A DNA stretch of 62,994 nucleotides, filler included, from Dimargaris cristalligena (taxonomy: Eukaryota), in NCBI GenBank assembly GCA_003614675.1. It is 24 parts of 24 records of this genome, joined end to end, with 100 filler letters (N's around TTAATTAATTAA, not from the genome) between each part and the next. Parts side by side here need not be neighbours in the genome. Positions count along the whole stretch, not along the records: positions 47,505 to 50,012 come from ML004191.1; positions 50,113 to 52,619 come from ML004192.1; positions 52,720 to 55,222 come from ML004193.1; positions 55,323 to 57,820 come from ML004194.1; positions 57,921 to 60,408 come from ML004195.1; positions 60,509 to 62,994 come from ML004196.1; 18 more parts are not named here. One strand, 5' to 3'. The notes beneath the pieces were generated by a model that was not told where the DNA came from, did no database searches, and saw nothing but the letters and a program-made list of their open reading frames with translations. Shown in pieces: positions 48,960 to 61,597 of the stretch; position 1 is the first letter of the stretch, and each line of letters starts with the position of its first letter. A program made the translations under genes and the position numbers.

Positions 48960-50012
48960 GGCATTAGGGAATAATGTAAACAGTAAATCGGAATTGCGAG
49001 AATCAGAAGTACCAGAAGGTTTCGGTAAGCATAGCTCGGTGGGCTGTTCCACATCCCGCAGGAAGTCCTTCCAGAAAGCTTCGGCTCCTTTTTTGTCTGA
49101 ATTTTGAAGATAGGATACATACTCATGGAACGAAGTAGCCGAACTAGAGGTCAGTTCGACATCTCCTTGAAGATGCGATCGGAGCTGGTTTAACATAATA
49201 CCGATAGACCACCCGTCTATGAGCGAATGGTGGATAGTTAGTAGATAGCGGAACAAGTCGGGGGCCATCTGCTTAACGAATATGCGTAGGAGTGGCTCAT
49301 TCAGCTTAAACCCTTGCGCAAGGTTAACCTTTAGGAAGTTCTCCTCGCTGGAAGCCCCAAAATCAGACCAATCGTTAACTACATGCCAGCCAAACCGGGG
49401 TTTTCGAGCTACCACTTGCACACCCTGGCAGTTGGTATTACTCCAAGAAGTGACAAATACGGTGCGCAGTATGGCATGATGGCTGACGACAGCCCTGGTG
49501 GCAGTCTGTAGCTCATCGGAGTTCGATACACCAGCTACCGTGAAAGCCATTTGGACGAGATATTCAGTGGGTTCCTTGGCCGTGGCCGTCCACATGCCCT
49601 GCTGCATGGGCAACATGGGGTAGAGATCCTCGATATCGTGTGGGAAAAGACCAACAGTGGCAAGTTCGGCCTCGAGTTTAGCCAATTCGGGGAGGGAGGT
49701 GTTCAGACTGGGGAAATCTGACGGGGTCCAGAGAGATTTTGGATGCGACTGATCGAGATAATGTACGATATCTACCAGAGACTGTCGAACATGGTCCAGG
49801 AGAGACGCAATAACATTTGTTGGGATGACCTCGGGGCAGTAATAAATCATGAACGTTAATCCATCAGGGGTTGGTAATCCAACCACCTCCAGTACCTGTG
49901 GACGAAGTTCAGACATGTCACATATGGCCAGGTTGGTCGTTAATTCTGGACGGAGGATCCAGGGGGCTCGGCCGTGCATGGACAGGGTCCCGCTACTTGT
50001 TGTGTGACCCAG
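48960..50012 (-). CDS. NRPS fragment: tail of the preceding (epimerisation-like) domain and first half of the same condensation domain
   Basis: WTPSDFP linker, IEDLYPMLPMQQGM, HAILRTVF, HHSLIDGWS. Ends in GTSDSRNSDLLFTLFPNA, which is also how the + strand fragment begins. Confidence 0.9.
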
Positions 50013-50346
50013 NNNNNNNNNNNNNNNNNNNNNNNNNNNNNNNNNNNNNNNNNNNNTTAATTAATTAANNNNNNNNNNNNNNNNNNNNNNNNNNNNNNNN
50101 NNNNNNNNNNNNCTGTGTCATTGCGGGGGGTATTTCTCTGGATTCAACTTAAATAGCAGACCCTATACAATAATGGATTATGGGAGGGTACGGATTGCAG
50201 AGTAGGGGTTTTTTTGTAAATTTTTAGAATGGACACAGAAGAGCTCAAATAGTAATATTTGTGAATTGATGGGTGACCATGGTCGGTTTATCCGATGTAA
50301 TAGAATTTCCTTCAAATAACCCCCCATCTATAAATCGGCACTTACC

Positions 50347-51805
50347 TTTTGTGATAGTTTGATTAAGTGGCCCGACTGAACCAGGACATTAAGATAATCG
50401 ATGGCCTTGGTGCGTGAAATAGCAGCCTCTCGAATAACGTCATGTAGATATCTAAATAGTCAGTAGTTAAGTCGATAATAAAATTGGCGGACGAAAGTTA
50501 AATATGAGCATGATGTATTTAAAAATAATAAACACATTATTCAAAACCAATTTTTCTTAATAAAATGGGCATATAAAATCGGAAATCAGGTACTTACAAT
50601 CCATCCTTGTTCTTGAAAAGACCTTTCACGATCATATCGATATGGCCTTTATGAGGCTGCTCGGAGAAAAAAGCATGTATTGGAATCAATCACAGAAGGG
50701 TGGCTATTAGATATGATTTAAACCGCTGTTGTTTGCCATAGTGGGGCCAGCTCGGGCAATTATTATTGTTCTGGTAATGGTCTGTCGGTTGGGGCTTGGG
50801 CCACGACAACATCTGGCTTACCTGGTCATGGAATCGACTGGGGAGGCTGTCCATGATCTTTTTAATCGAGATGGACGCCGGTTTCCGGTCCGGTTTAGTG
50901 CGCTAATAATAGGTTGAAAGGGTAGGATCGGAATTGCATAATTAATACGAATGAATGGAATACAAGGGCAATCGATTTGCTTCGCTAAGCCATTCGGATA
51001 AATTATATATTCTCCAAATGAAGTGATATGTTCATGTATTCGAATATAGTAGAATCTAACCTGACTGGACGCCCTAGATTTGGAGGCCGGCGGTCGACCC
51101 GTCTGTGTTACTGAAGGCGGTCGCAGTCTTGACTCTAATAGAGCCGGCTCTGGTTCCTCGGGCAAAGGCGTGGGGCTAGCAATCGGAGATGGCGGAGCTT
51201 CGACCGGAGCAGGGTGGGCTAGGTCTATCGGATATAGCATTTACCGATAGGATAGATCGTCAGTTTGTAGGTATTGGTTGGTCAAGAAATTAGTCCAGCG
51301 TCAGATTGAACCAGTGACCATGATTACTTGGAATAAAGTTAACCCTCAATAATATGCTTCCACTGCTGCTCGAATCCAAGTCTTACCATAGCTCTCGGGT
51401 AGTGGTGCCTATTAGCATTAGTAAGTACATTTGTTTGCAAATGCGGTTTTTTATAGAAACCAAATACAATACAGCCTTAAATTAGCCTTAAGTAACAGCT
51501 GCGTGGTTCAAGGTTTGCAAGATGGGGACGGTTTTTGGTAATGGTCGGCCTATGCGCGTATAAAACCATAAGAGAGCGGGGCCAGTTGGCTGGAAAAGTT
51601 AAAAAAAAACAGTGTCCAGACTTACCTCTGGAAAGTCAACAATCCGGGTGTTGGCCTTAATGCCCTGTAGAAATGTGCCGAAACTCACGTTGAATTGTAC
51701 AAATTGTTCGTTTAATGCCTGCAGTGTGCGCATGTTGTCCTGAAGGTCGCTCATTTTGACCGCCATGTCCTCAAGCGGACCTTCGATGTAGTCGAGAAAA
51801 TTCAT
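50347..51805 (-). CDS. DAM1: DASH/Dam1 kinetochore complex subunit Dam1, multi-exon; 3' end uncertain
   Basis: Exon 1 (51805-51626) MNFL...LQDNMRTLQALNEQFVQFNVSFGTFLQGIKANTRIVDFPE, then a GTAAGT donor. Micro-exon APLPESY near 51408-51387. Further GT-AG exons downstream. Confidence 0.75.
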
Positions 51806-52143
51806 GTTTGGGCGATTGAGTAAAAGGTGACTGAGTCCAAACAAGGAATGGTGAATGGAGGAGTCAATGAATAGTAACTAACTCGAAATGCTTCTTGCAA
51901 CACCTTGTATGAGCGGGGCTGGAAGTAGTGGCTCAACAGGTAAGTCGTGAGGTAAACATAGCCCATTCCACAGAAGCCATGTTTGTGATTGATTTAGTAG
52001 AATTTCGGTACAACTGTATACGTTTGTGGGTGAAAACTCCGCTTGATATGGCGGATCATTTTTTTAACTGATGCGGAAAAATAGTACACTGATGGGTCTT
52101 TTTTAGGAAAATGGTGGGCAATTGGCTACCAAATAGGCAATTA

Positions 52144-52619
52144 CATATGGGAGAGGTTCAACTAAGCTGTAGAATGAAAAATCCGTTGGATTATAACCTA
52201 GTACCGAGTAGGGCAGGATGAAGTGTAAAGAAAATAGTGCTGAGGGGAGCGGGCATGAATACATAATAACTATAGGCATATTAGTAAAATAATAATATTT
52301 TATTTAAAGATACAGAATCCTTCTCCACTGGGTGGGTGGTTAGTTTTATTCCTCTGGGGTGAGGTGTGGTTCTTGTGGTGGCAAGGGAGGGTCGTCCTCT
52401 TCCATTAGGGGGGTTAGTTGGACCCCCTATACATTGGCATGTTGTTGTTCTGAAGGAGAGTACTGTGGGGTCAGCTATCCTTCTGATTATGAGGGTTGGG
52501 GTTTCCCCTTAGTTGCAGGATAAAGCAAATATTATTGGTTAAAAATAAATCTTACATATATTATCCCATATATTTATCATTTAAAACCTTATATAGTTAG
52601 GTTAAATTTCACCCATATA
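52144..52619. mobile_element. MITE-like element with degenerate terminal inverted repeats
   Basis: ATATGGGAGAGGTTCAACTAAGCTGTAGAA versus the reverse complement of the other end, ATATGGGTGAAATTTAACCTAACTATATAA. Ends recur at 13155-13227, about 43915-43971 and 47360-47404. Confidence 0.55.
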
Positions 52620-55600
52620 NNNNNNNNNNNNNNNNNNNNNNNNNNNNNNNNNNNNNNNNNNNNTTAATTAATTAANNNNNNNNNNNNNNNNNNNNNNNNN
52701 NNNNNNNNNNNNNNNNNNNAATTTATATTAAATGGCTAATACTGTTGTCTACTTTGCTTTATATTCACATTTCCTCCTGCACCTACACCCATTGCATAAT
52801 CGTGCGACCTTGTATCGCTCTTCTTGCCCTAGAAGTTAAATATTCTGTTGCATTGCCTATATTGCAAGTCTGGGGGGTAAGTTCAACCTCGCTAACAGGG
52901 GGACACCCCGCCGGCACTGAACTTGCTGCGTTCCGTTAATATACCAGATAATTGGCTAGGAACCATACTTACCAACTCTGTGGATCTACGAGCATGTATT
53001 TTTTTTGGATTTGAGCCCCGATGCATCACTATGGGGTCCTATCTAAAAGTGTATACTCTGAACACCCCTCTGCCGTATGTCGACTGACCGTCAGACCAAT
53101 AATCACCCCCCTAACACAAGCTACTGGGCATTTATTTTAATTATTCCAGGCTAATATGTCCTGGATTAATGTTTTCCATCTTTCTTGCTTTTATAAATAT
53201 CCAGTCTATTTATTGAATTTTGGTATCTACATTTTAAAACCGCGGGTCGCCTTTAAACCACAACATACGTAGGCCGTTAGGAAGGGCATTACCTAATCTC
53301 TTATAGAAGTGACTGGCATTCCCCCAAACCATGATGGGAATATTGACACATTTCGATTATATTGCATCTTGATTGACTGGGATGCCACGCCTCTTCTCAG
53401 TAATTTATTGGGTGATAGTGTACCTTGAGTTGGATTTCACGCATCGTTAGGCGATTGGTTTTAGTAGCCTTAGGTCCAAGAAATTAGACAAATGATTCGT
53501 ATATTTTATATGGACACGGTTCAATTGTATAAATGAGCCCCAAAATATTCCTAGTTCTACCATATTTAGCCAGAAGCTATAATCCTATTATGTAGAGATG
53601 CCTTTTGCCCAATTTTGACTAGATTTATCTAATATACATTGTACCATGCGACAAGTCCGTTTCCTATTTCGGGGCAGATTCTTTAAAACCCCGAAACATC
53701 CATGAACATGTCCATATATCTCTTCGTTTACATAAACTACCATTGGCTCAATCAAGATGATGCCCTCAGCAAGCTATTTTCGTCCATAATACAGCAGCTA
53801 TATTTGTTACCCACTGTTGGCTGACCTATCCCCATCAAAGAAACATAATTATATTGTTAAAAGAGCGTGAAGTATGAGCGGTTTTTATTAAGGAAAGAAT
53901 ATAAGTGGTATGAACTTGCAGAAGCGATGTGAACGCTAGTAAACTGAAGAACAAGAATACGTACCCGATGCTTATTTATATGGACCGTAATAGGCATCCG
54001 GGAAAGCTAAGGAGGGTCAATAACATATTCATCGGACCTTCTGGAAAAGTGTTCTAGATGACAGAATTAGTGGTGTCCTCAGAGGGTGTCAATTTACCAG
54101 GGGTCCCTATGCTAGACATGTAGCTGGAATGAATCCCCAGTCAAAGATGCTACGGCTGGAACATCAGGATTAGTGGAATCCATGGGGTCCAAAGGAACCT
54201 CGCTACTTTGATGCCCGGGGTCTGACCCTGTGTTGGCTGCGGATGTAACAATATAAATGCAGATCTCACTAGGTAGTGATAGTTACTTAACTTCGGTTTA
54301 TCGATAAGATGCCATTCAATTGGTGTATTAAACACGATTTACCATATCAAATATTGATAGGCCCATTTTTGAGGCATACACATCTGCATTTGACTAAAAT
54401 GAACCTTCCTGTCAATACAGTGTATGAAGAAAAGTAAGGGTTGTCTTTCCTAGATAATTAGGAGCGGGAAATTATATAAGGGGGTAAATGAGCGTGTAGA
54501 ATGCGTACGGCAGAAGTTATTAAAGGTTACATATCGAAAATTCCTTTCAATGAGGCAAAAGCCGCTGGCTAAAACTGAATACCCCGCAAATTGCCTCATA
54601 CACATATCACTTAAACCCTTGTACGGGCGGGTTGAATGTCCCCCATATGTATATAGTGGAAATAAATTGGGGACGCTTGAAAGGCAAGTTAGCCTACCGC
54701 ATCGATTCTAAATTTATCTGTGCGGCTTGAGACTGAAGATACAAGACCCCGGGCCATGGTCTCGCCTGTCCGCCTACATAACACAGCCAAGAGGAGGGAG
54801 GGTAGCAGGGGGAAATGTGAATATAAAGCAAAGTAGACAACAGTATTAGCCATTTAATATAAATTATGGCTGCCTGGCTGGTGTGTAGACTATTTATCCG
54901 CTCGGTGATAAATGGTCCGGGCCCCCGAGACCAGCTGACCACACTCCATTACTATAGAATAGGAGGGTAGACCGTAGGCAATCAATAGCCGATGTAATAA
55001 TAGCGAATACAGGGGGGGGGGTAAAGTTTACCCATAGCCGCCTAGCCCGCACTAGATCGGGCGCCTACTTAGTTTCTATAAATAGTCTGATTGCCCATAT
55101 AATATACCGCCCATTGGCCAGTGTAGACTCTGCGCGAAAATGGTTTGCGTGGAAGCTAGTAAAATAGTCTTGACGACAGTTTCGGTGAAGGTTCTATGTG
55201 TGTCTTTAAAGCTGGAGTGGTANNNNNNNNNNNNNNNNNNNNNNNNNNNNNNNNNNNNNNNNNNNNTTAATTAATTAANNNNNNNNNNNNNNNNNNNNNN
55301 NNNNNNNNNNNNNNNNNNNNNNGGGAGGGGAGTTCCCAGATAATAGTATTAGTCATCACAAAGGATAGGTAATACTTGGGTAACCAATAAATTCAATGTG
55401 AAATAATAGAAGGGTAAAAGGGAAAAAGAGAAAGCTAATTTTAACTGTACTTTGAACAGGGGTGCAGTTGGGCCAGGGGCAGTGTGAATGTAGGGGTACA
55501 GTCCGATTAGGGGCAGGGGTGCATTATAGTTAAGGGTATAAAAATATACTAATGGAAAAAATACTATACTAATGAAAATAGAGAAAAAATGACTATACTT

Positions 55601-55707
55601 ATTATGGGCAGGGGCAGGGGCACATTCACGTGTCAGGGGCATACTTCTAATAAGTGCAAAAAATAGATAAAAATAAAAGTAGGTGAAAATGTAGTAAGTT
55701 CACCACA

Positions 55708-57137
55708 CACAGTACTAACCAATAAAGGCTTATGTATACTGCCATGGGTAGGTACAGTCTTCTACTTCCATGGGAATTACTAATTGTTTTCTTTTGCCAC
55801 ATGATGCCAATACACACTGAATAAACAGCAGCTACTTCAAACACTTATCTGGAAACTACTTATCCAGTCAATCCTATTTTCAACCCTGCCTATTTCCAGT
55901 CCTGCTGACTGAACTGTTACTTCCATATTATCAGTGTTTGTTATTACAGATGAGTTAGAAGGAACTCCTCTCATGTGGAAGTAAAGTTGGTAGTGTTGAA
56001 GCTTATCCTTATCCTTTTCCTTATTCAGTTACCATGAATGCCTTGGTGAATCCAAGGTATTTCCACTTTCCATTTTATTTAGCTATTTTTAGTAAAAAGT
56101 TCAAACTTAAAGACCCAGCTAGTTTTCCCTTTGTGGTTTTATGGTTAGTCATCTATCTGAGGATGATATCTGAGATTCATAGCTTAAGTTTAATTTATAG
56201 TCCTATTTTATATATATATATAGTCCCCCTGTTGGCCCTTAAAATGGCAAGTTATCTTCAAGATAAGCCTTATTATTCAGAATAAATATCTGTTCTTAAC
56301 TTCACCCAGTGACTTATCCATTATCAGCTGAAGACTTCAACTGGAAGTCCATTTTACATTTTTCTTATTCATTTTATTTACTTCATTTTCTCTATAAGCC
56401 TGTTTGTTAGTACACAGCCACCATGGCACCCCTAGTTCCTAACTCCAATAATGGGAGTTTAGGATTAATTCATTTGGAACATTTCCCACTGTACCTCAGT
56501 TCATGCTCAGACAGTAGTTCTGACCCAGTCTGACTAGCTGAGGGACTATTACCTGAATTCTCAATGTTCCATGTAGGCACCAGCCCCTTGAACCTGACAT
56601 CTGGTGAGCCTACCAGCCTGGCAGAAGGCAGGGGATCCAACCCCAGCCTCAGTCCTGGAAGGGAGGTACCTCAAACCACTGGCACAATATTAAGTGATCA
56701 GTTATGTAAGGGATATGCAGTAGGCACACTTACTTATTAGTATAAAGGGGTGAGTACATATAGAGTTTATTGGGGTAACTGGGAGGTAAGAATAAGCTAA
56801 GGCTCAAACCAGTCTTAATGGGGGCCCAGTTATCTATATGTGGGGACAACTCCAGAGGGAGGTCCCAAGGGGAATGCTACTAAGACTAAGGTATACTAAA
56901 TAAGCTAACTGGATGGTCATGAGGGTCTGGAAGACTTGGGTGGTAACTGGAAGAGTCATCAGATTAGCACCAGAGTGAGTGGCGTGAACCTAAGAGTCTG
57001 GAAGGGGGATAGTTATATTGAATAGGGTGATCCCATAGTACTGGGGGTGACCATGGGAGGTTACATATGGTGCTATATGGCCTAGTCAGGATGGACGATC
57101 ACTACACCTAGATTAAGTCAGATTAGAAGAGCCAACA
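55708..57137 (-). mobile_element. Family-A LTR with nested family-E element (55735-56689)
   Basis: TSD-like TTATG/TTAAG flanks. Homologous to 3245-4671. Confidence 0.75.
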
Positions 57138-57751
57138 CACTGATCCCAGTACTATTAACAGTGTTCACTTCAGCCTGGTCCATCCCAACTACTTGCTGTA
57201 CAGTTAATTAATCAGTTTTATATTTTATCACTACCCAACTATTCATGCCCAGCCCCTATCCCCCAAGTTCCATCATTTCTTACCATGAAGTTGCTATCCT
57301 TTAGCATCCTGGGCATAGCCATACCAGCCATATTTTCTGCCAGTCTCAGAGTCACATTGCTTAACTTAAACCCCTCAGCTGCTTGTCCCCACATTAACTG
57401 TGACATCAGCAGCCCCTGGATTCAGGAAAACTGAGCAATCATATAGGCATCTAACACCAACTGTAAGGTCATCAAGGCCACCCTGGACAAGTTTGTGCAT
57501 GAGAAAATTGCTCAGGCTGATCAAAGTACCCATTCTGGTATGGAATGTGCCAATTACCAAACTAAGTTAATAAATTACCTCTGAGCTAAACTGCTGCCCC
57601 AGGACCATCAGGACAAAGTTGCTGAGTCCGACCAGCCCAAGCTCCCACATCTCCACTGATGCATGCCTGCACACAACTGTGGTGAATATTCCAATTACTG
57701 TGTTAGTGATAATTGCTGTGACCAATGTTGTTTCTGTCCAATTAAATGGAG

Positions 57752-57820
57752 TGTCGCCCGAGTTAACCACTCTTAGTCCGTCAAGAGTCTCGGGGGTAGG
57801 CTTCTAACAGTAGGCGGGGC
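57752..57820 (-). mobile_element. Family-A LTR terminus, CpG-intact copy
   Basis: TGTCGCCCGAGTTAACCACTCTTAGTCCGTCAAGAGTCTCGGGG. Confidence 0.8.
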
Positions 57821-57920
57821 NNNNNNNNNNNNNNNNNNNNNNNNNNNNNNNNNNNNNNNNNNNNTTAATTAATTAANNNNNNNNNNNNNNNNNNNNNNNN
57901 NNNNNNNNNNNNNNNNNNNN

Positions 57921-59633
57921 CGCGCTACAATATTATACACCTTGATTGGGACTTTTTATCACCTTGCAGCATTTGGTTTCATGTTATTTTACTATACTAT
58001 TATTTAATAAACTGGCTCTATTACTCATCATATTGCAATAAATAGTAGCACACCCATAGAATAAAGGACAAGTGACACCATTGAGGTAAAACCAAGCCAA
58101 GGTCATTGAGGGACTATTCATTATTGATATTCTAGTGGCCTTATATAATTATTGCAAATCCTGCAGTCTAAAATCCGACTCAGTGGTGGTGACCACAAGC
58201 GCGGACCTTCTGGTATTAGCGTAGGCCATGGGTGCTGGCGACTATTGGTAGTAACGAATTCAAAATTAAATAGAAGTTGGTCACACGGTTTAGAGCAACT
58301 AGAAAACCACTGTGATGCGTGAGCTGCTAGGATAAAAAAAAACATCATCCTTTTATCATAATTTAATCTGCGTATAACAAAGGCACTGCTTGATCTTCTA
58401 AATCTAATATCTAATTGACATTAACATATGACTATCGGTAGCTATCTTTCTCAGAGATTGGGTGTGATTCTGTTGGGAAGGAAGGCCTGGGTGAAAAGGG
58501 ATGACTGCTTTCAACCTTGTCAATTCTCTTTAACCAAAAGGACTATCCAGTTTGATTTACTATACTGAGTGTTGAGGGGGGCGGAGTAGCGTGTTCATCA
58601 TTCAATTGGCTTGTACTGTAACCGTCATAAATACTCCCAATGACTGTAATATTCAGGTATTCCAATATGCAGCCCTCACTAGCTTAAACTCAGGGCTCTT
58701 CCCAACTCTCCCGTTCCAATTCATTGCACTACTATTTTTTTTTTGGAACTCCAGGCAAATGGTTGCCGGGGAATACTGTTGAAGAGTATATTCCTACGTG
58801 TTCTTTATCCTATCCTATTTTCATCTAATTTACGTTAGTTTATTCTGCTATCTGTCGTAGTCTTTAATATAAGAAATGATTAAAGGGCTACGCCTCGGAC
58901 GAGTTTACAAGAGATAACACACAAGCAGTTGATGCGAAGGGCACTTTATAGATAATGATAAGGGGGATATCCAATAGATCGAGTTAACTATAAAAGGGGG
59001 TATAGAATAAATGGTAATTAACTGAAGAATAACTATAGGAATTGGCTCGGCTTTATATAGCCGAGCTGACTAATGGTAAAGGCATTGAACCAGCATAGAA
59101 GATGCTAGAAGACTCTACTAGATAGTAATATGTTAATGTCAATTAGATATTAGATTTAGAAGATCAAGCAGTGCCTTTGTTATACGCAGATTAAATTATG
59201 ATAAAAGGATGATGTTTTTTTTTATCCTAGCAGCTCACGCATCACAGTGGTTTTCTAGTTGCTCTAAACCGTGTGACCAACTTCTATTTAATTTTGAATT
59301 CGTTACTACCAATAGTCGCCAGCACCCATGGCCTACGCTAATACCAGAAGGTCCGCGCTTGTGGTCACCACCACTGAGTCGGATTTTAGACTGCAGGATT
59401 TGCAATAATTATATAAGGCCACTAGAATATCAATAATGAATAGTCCCTCAATGACCTTGGCTTGGTTTTACCTCAATGGTGTCACTTGTCCTTTATTCTA
59501 TGGGTGTGCTACTATTTATTGCAATATGATGAGTAATAGAGCCAGTTTATTAAATAATAGTATAGTAAAATAACATGAAACCAAATGCTGCAAGGTGATA
59601 AAGCCCTGGTCGAGGTGTATAATATTGGAGCGC
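57921..59633. repeat. Long inverted repeat: 475-bp identical core (57955-58429 / 59128-59602) with diverged extensions
   Basis: Identical 75-aa ORFs on opposite strands (58121-58348 and 59209-59436); arms compared by eye. Confidence 0.92.
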
Positions 59634-59798
59634 ATCCCAAGAAATGGAGGGGCGGTTGTGGCTAAGCGATAGTTAGTAAATAAGAGCCTTGGAAACTATG
59701 TCCCAATTATGTGGCTTCCAATACGGGTTAGAATGAGATTCCAGGCTGCTCAAATCGGAACATAAGAAAATGGCAACAAATCGAACAATTAAAAAAGG

Positions 59799-60278
59799 TC
59801 AAATCTCCCGAACAACCGACAGAAGGGCTTCGAGGTCGTCTAGATGGGAATATAAACGAACCCGCTCAGGAAATCCGTCATCACCTGGGCTAAAGTAGAT
59901 CGAACGGTCAGGAAATGACAGTATACCGTGGGGATAATTCCCCTCAAGCATATACGCGGACAGTAGCAGTTCACCAGAACATTCCTTTGTGTCACTCTGC
60001 ATACACTCGATGACAAGTTTCGGGATTCTATTGTAAAAGAGCGTTAAAGTGATAGCATGACGACCGAGGCAAAGATGTCGTTTGCTATAGATATGGTATC
60101 CGTTAATAAACGTCTTGTTAGTGACACTGATAATTCCAAATACGAGCGCGCCCACATCGTATTCATTTCCCGTCCATATACAAGACGTCACCATTCCGCG
60201 CAGGCTCTCCATAATGTTGCGCGAGACCACTAATTGGTAACCAGAAGTGCCCGAACCAGAATCGTTGAAATCGGCCAT
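59799..60278 (-). CDS. Hypothetical protein
   Basis: 159-codon ATG-started ORF in CpG-normal sequence; no motif recognised. Confidence 0.4.
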   Translation of the reverse strand: MADFNDSGSGTSGYQLVVSRNIMESLRGMVTSCIWTGNEYDVGALVFGIISVTNKTFINGYHIYSKRHLCLGRHAITLTLFYNRIPKLVIECMQSDTKECSGELLLSAYMLEGNYPHGILSFPDRSIYFSPGDDGFPERVRLYSHLDDLEALLSVVREI

Positions 60279-60508
60279 CGAAACAATAACTTAGAACTCG
60301 AACGTGTCGATGTTGAAACCGAAAGGGGGCGGACAAATGTCGCAACGTACGACGGTAATGTAAAATAATATATAGAAGATAAGCGTTAGAAACGAAACAA
60401 AAAGAAGCNNNNNNNNNNNNNNNNNNNNNNNNNNNNNNNNNNNNNNNNNNNNTTAATTAATTAANNNNNNNNNNNNNNNNNNNNNNNNNNNNNNNNNNNN
60501 NNNNNNNN

Positions 60509-60577
60509 TATGGCGCTATACGGCCTGATATGACGGCGGTCATATCGGTTGGATTAGGATGGATTAGGAGGGGCGAC
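60509..60577 (-). mobile_element. Young LTR start, near-identical to 31849-31918
   Basis: TATGGCGCTATACGGCCTGATATGACGG...GGAGGGGCGACA. Confidence 0.85.
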
Positions 60578-61369
60578 AAAGGCCAACTGATCCTATATTG
60601 AACTACTGTCGTTGGTCAATGAAGGCACGGTCTTTTTAAAAAAGGGGAGCATTGTCTTAATATTGAAATAGTTTAGAAAAACCCAATGCACCCTAGTTAC
60701 TGTGTTGAGCACTTCACTTATTGGCCTCAATCTTGCGGTGCCTCGTTTTTTTAGACTGCCTTTTCTTTTCCAAGGATTTACAGTAGATAACGTAAATGAG
60801 GGCCTCGCTTGAAAACCATTCCCCAACTTCAGCCTACATGAGAATAGTAAATTATTCTACAGTGTGGTATAGTTTATCCACCCAGCCTCTTGCACTTTTA
60901 TCCCCCCCTTCAACTATATAATCCACCTATTGAAGTAGGAGCAGGCAAGCCTTGGCAACGGTTAATTAATTAGGTGAAGCTCCCTAAGTTATTTTACAAG
61001 AGTAGCCGAGTTTTCGAAAGGCGTGTTTTATTGATGACAGGGTAAACAAAAAAGGTCTTATTGGGACCATCCCAAAAAAGATTAGGGTAGTAATGCAAAC
61101 ATGTGCAAATGAACAGTGTGATTCAGCGAATGCGCAACGGGTTGCAAAATGCCCGATTTTACAGACTGATGGGACATGTAGATGGTTGAATTTGAATATG
61201 AACTAAACAAATTGGTGCTAACTGAAGGTATGGAATATATTGTGCTAGTCAAAATGGCGGAATTTAACTTTGCCGAGTCATCTCGAAACAGAAAATACAG
61301 TGTTTGGGAGGAAACGGGGTGGGCGGATAAATAATAATAAAACACAAGTGTGGGGGTGCTGGGCCTTCA

Positions 61370-61597
61370 TTAATCTTTGGAGACTCCACTCTGGTCGAAT
61401 CCTTTTGTTGACGCAACACTAGGCATACTGAATTGCAATGACGTTTTCCCGCTACCCAATTGGAACGCATTTTGAACAAATGCAACAGGACTGAGGCCTC
61501 GTCTATGGGGTTTCAATGGGATGGAAGCATCCACTTTGGCCAAGAGAATAACGAGAGAGGCGGTTAAAATAGTAGCAAATTTCAGTGAGGCAACCAT
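61370..61597 (-). CDS. Putative small secreted protein
   Basis: MVASLKFATILTASLVILLAKVDA signal-like sequence followed by a dibasic RR. Confidence 0.4.
   Translation of the reverse strand: MVASLKFATILTASLVILLAKVDASIPLKPHRRGLSPVAFVQNAFQLGSGKTSLQFSMPSVASTKGFDQSGVSKD

Noticed and set aside
58121-59436. Duplicated 75-aa ORF
   Set aside because: A by-product of the inverted repeat with no independent coding signal.
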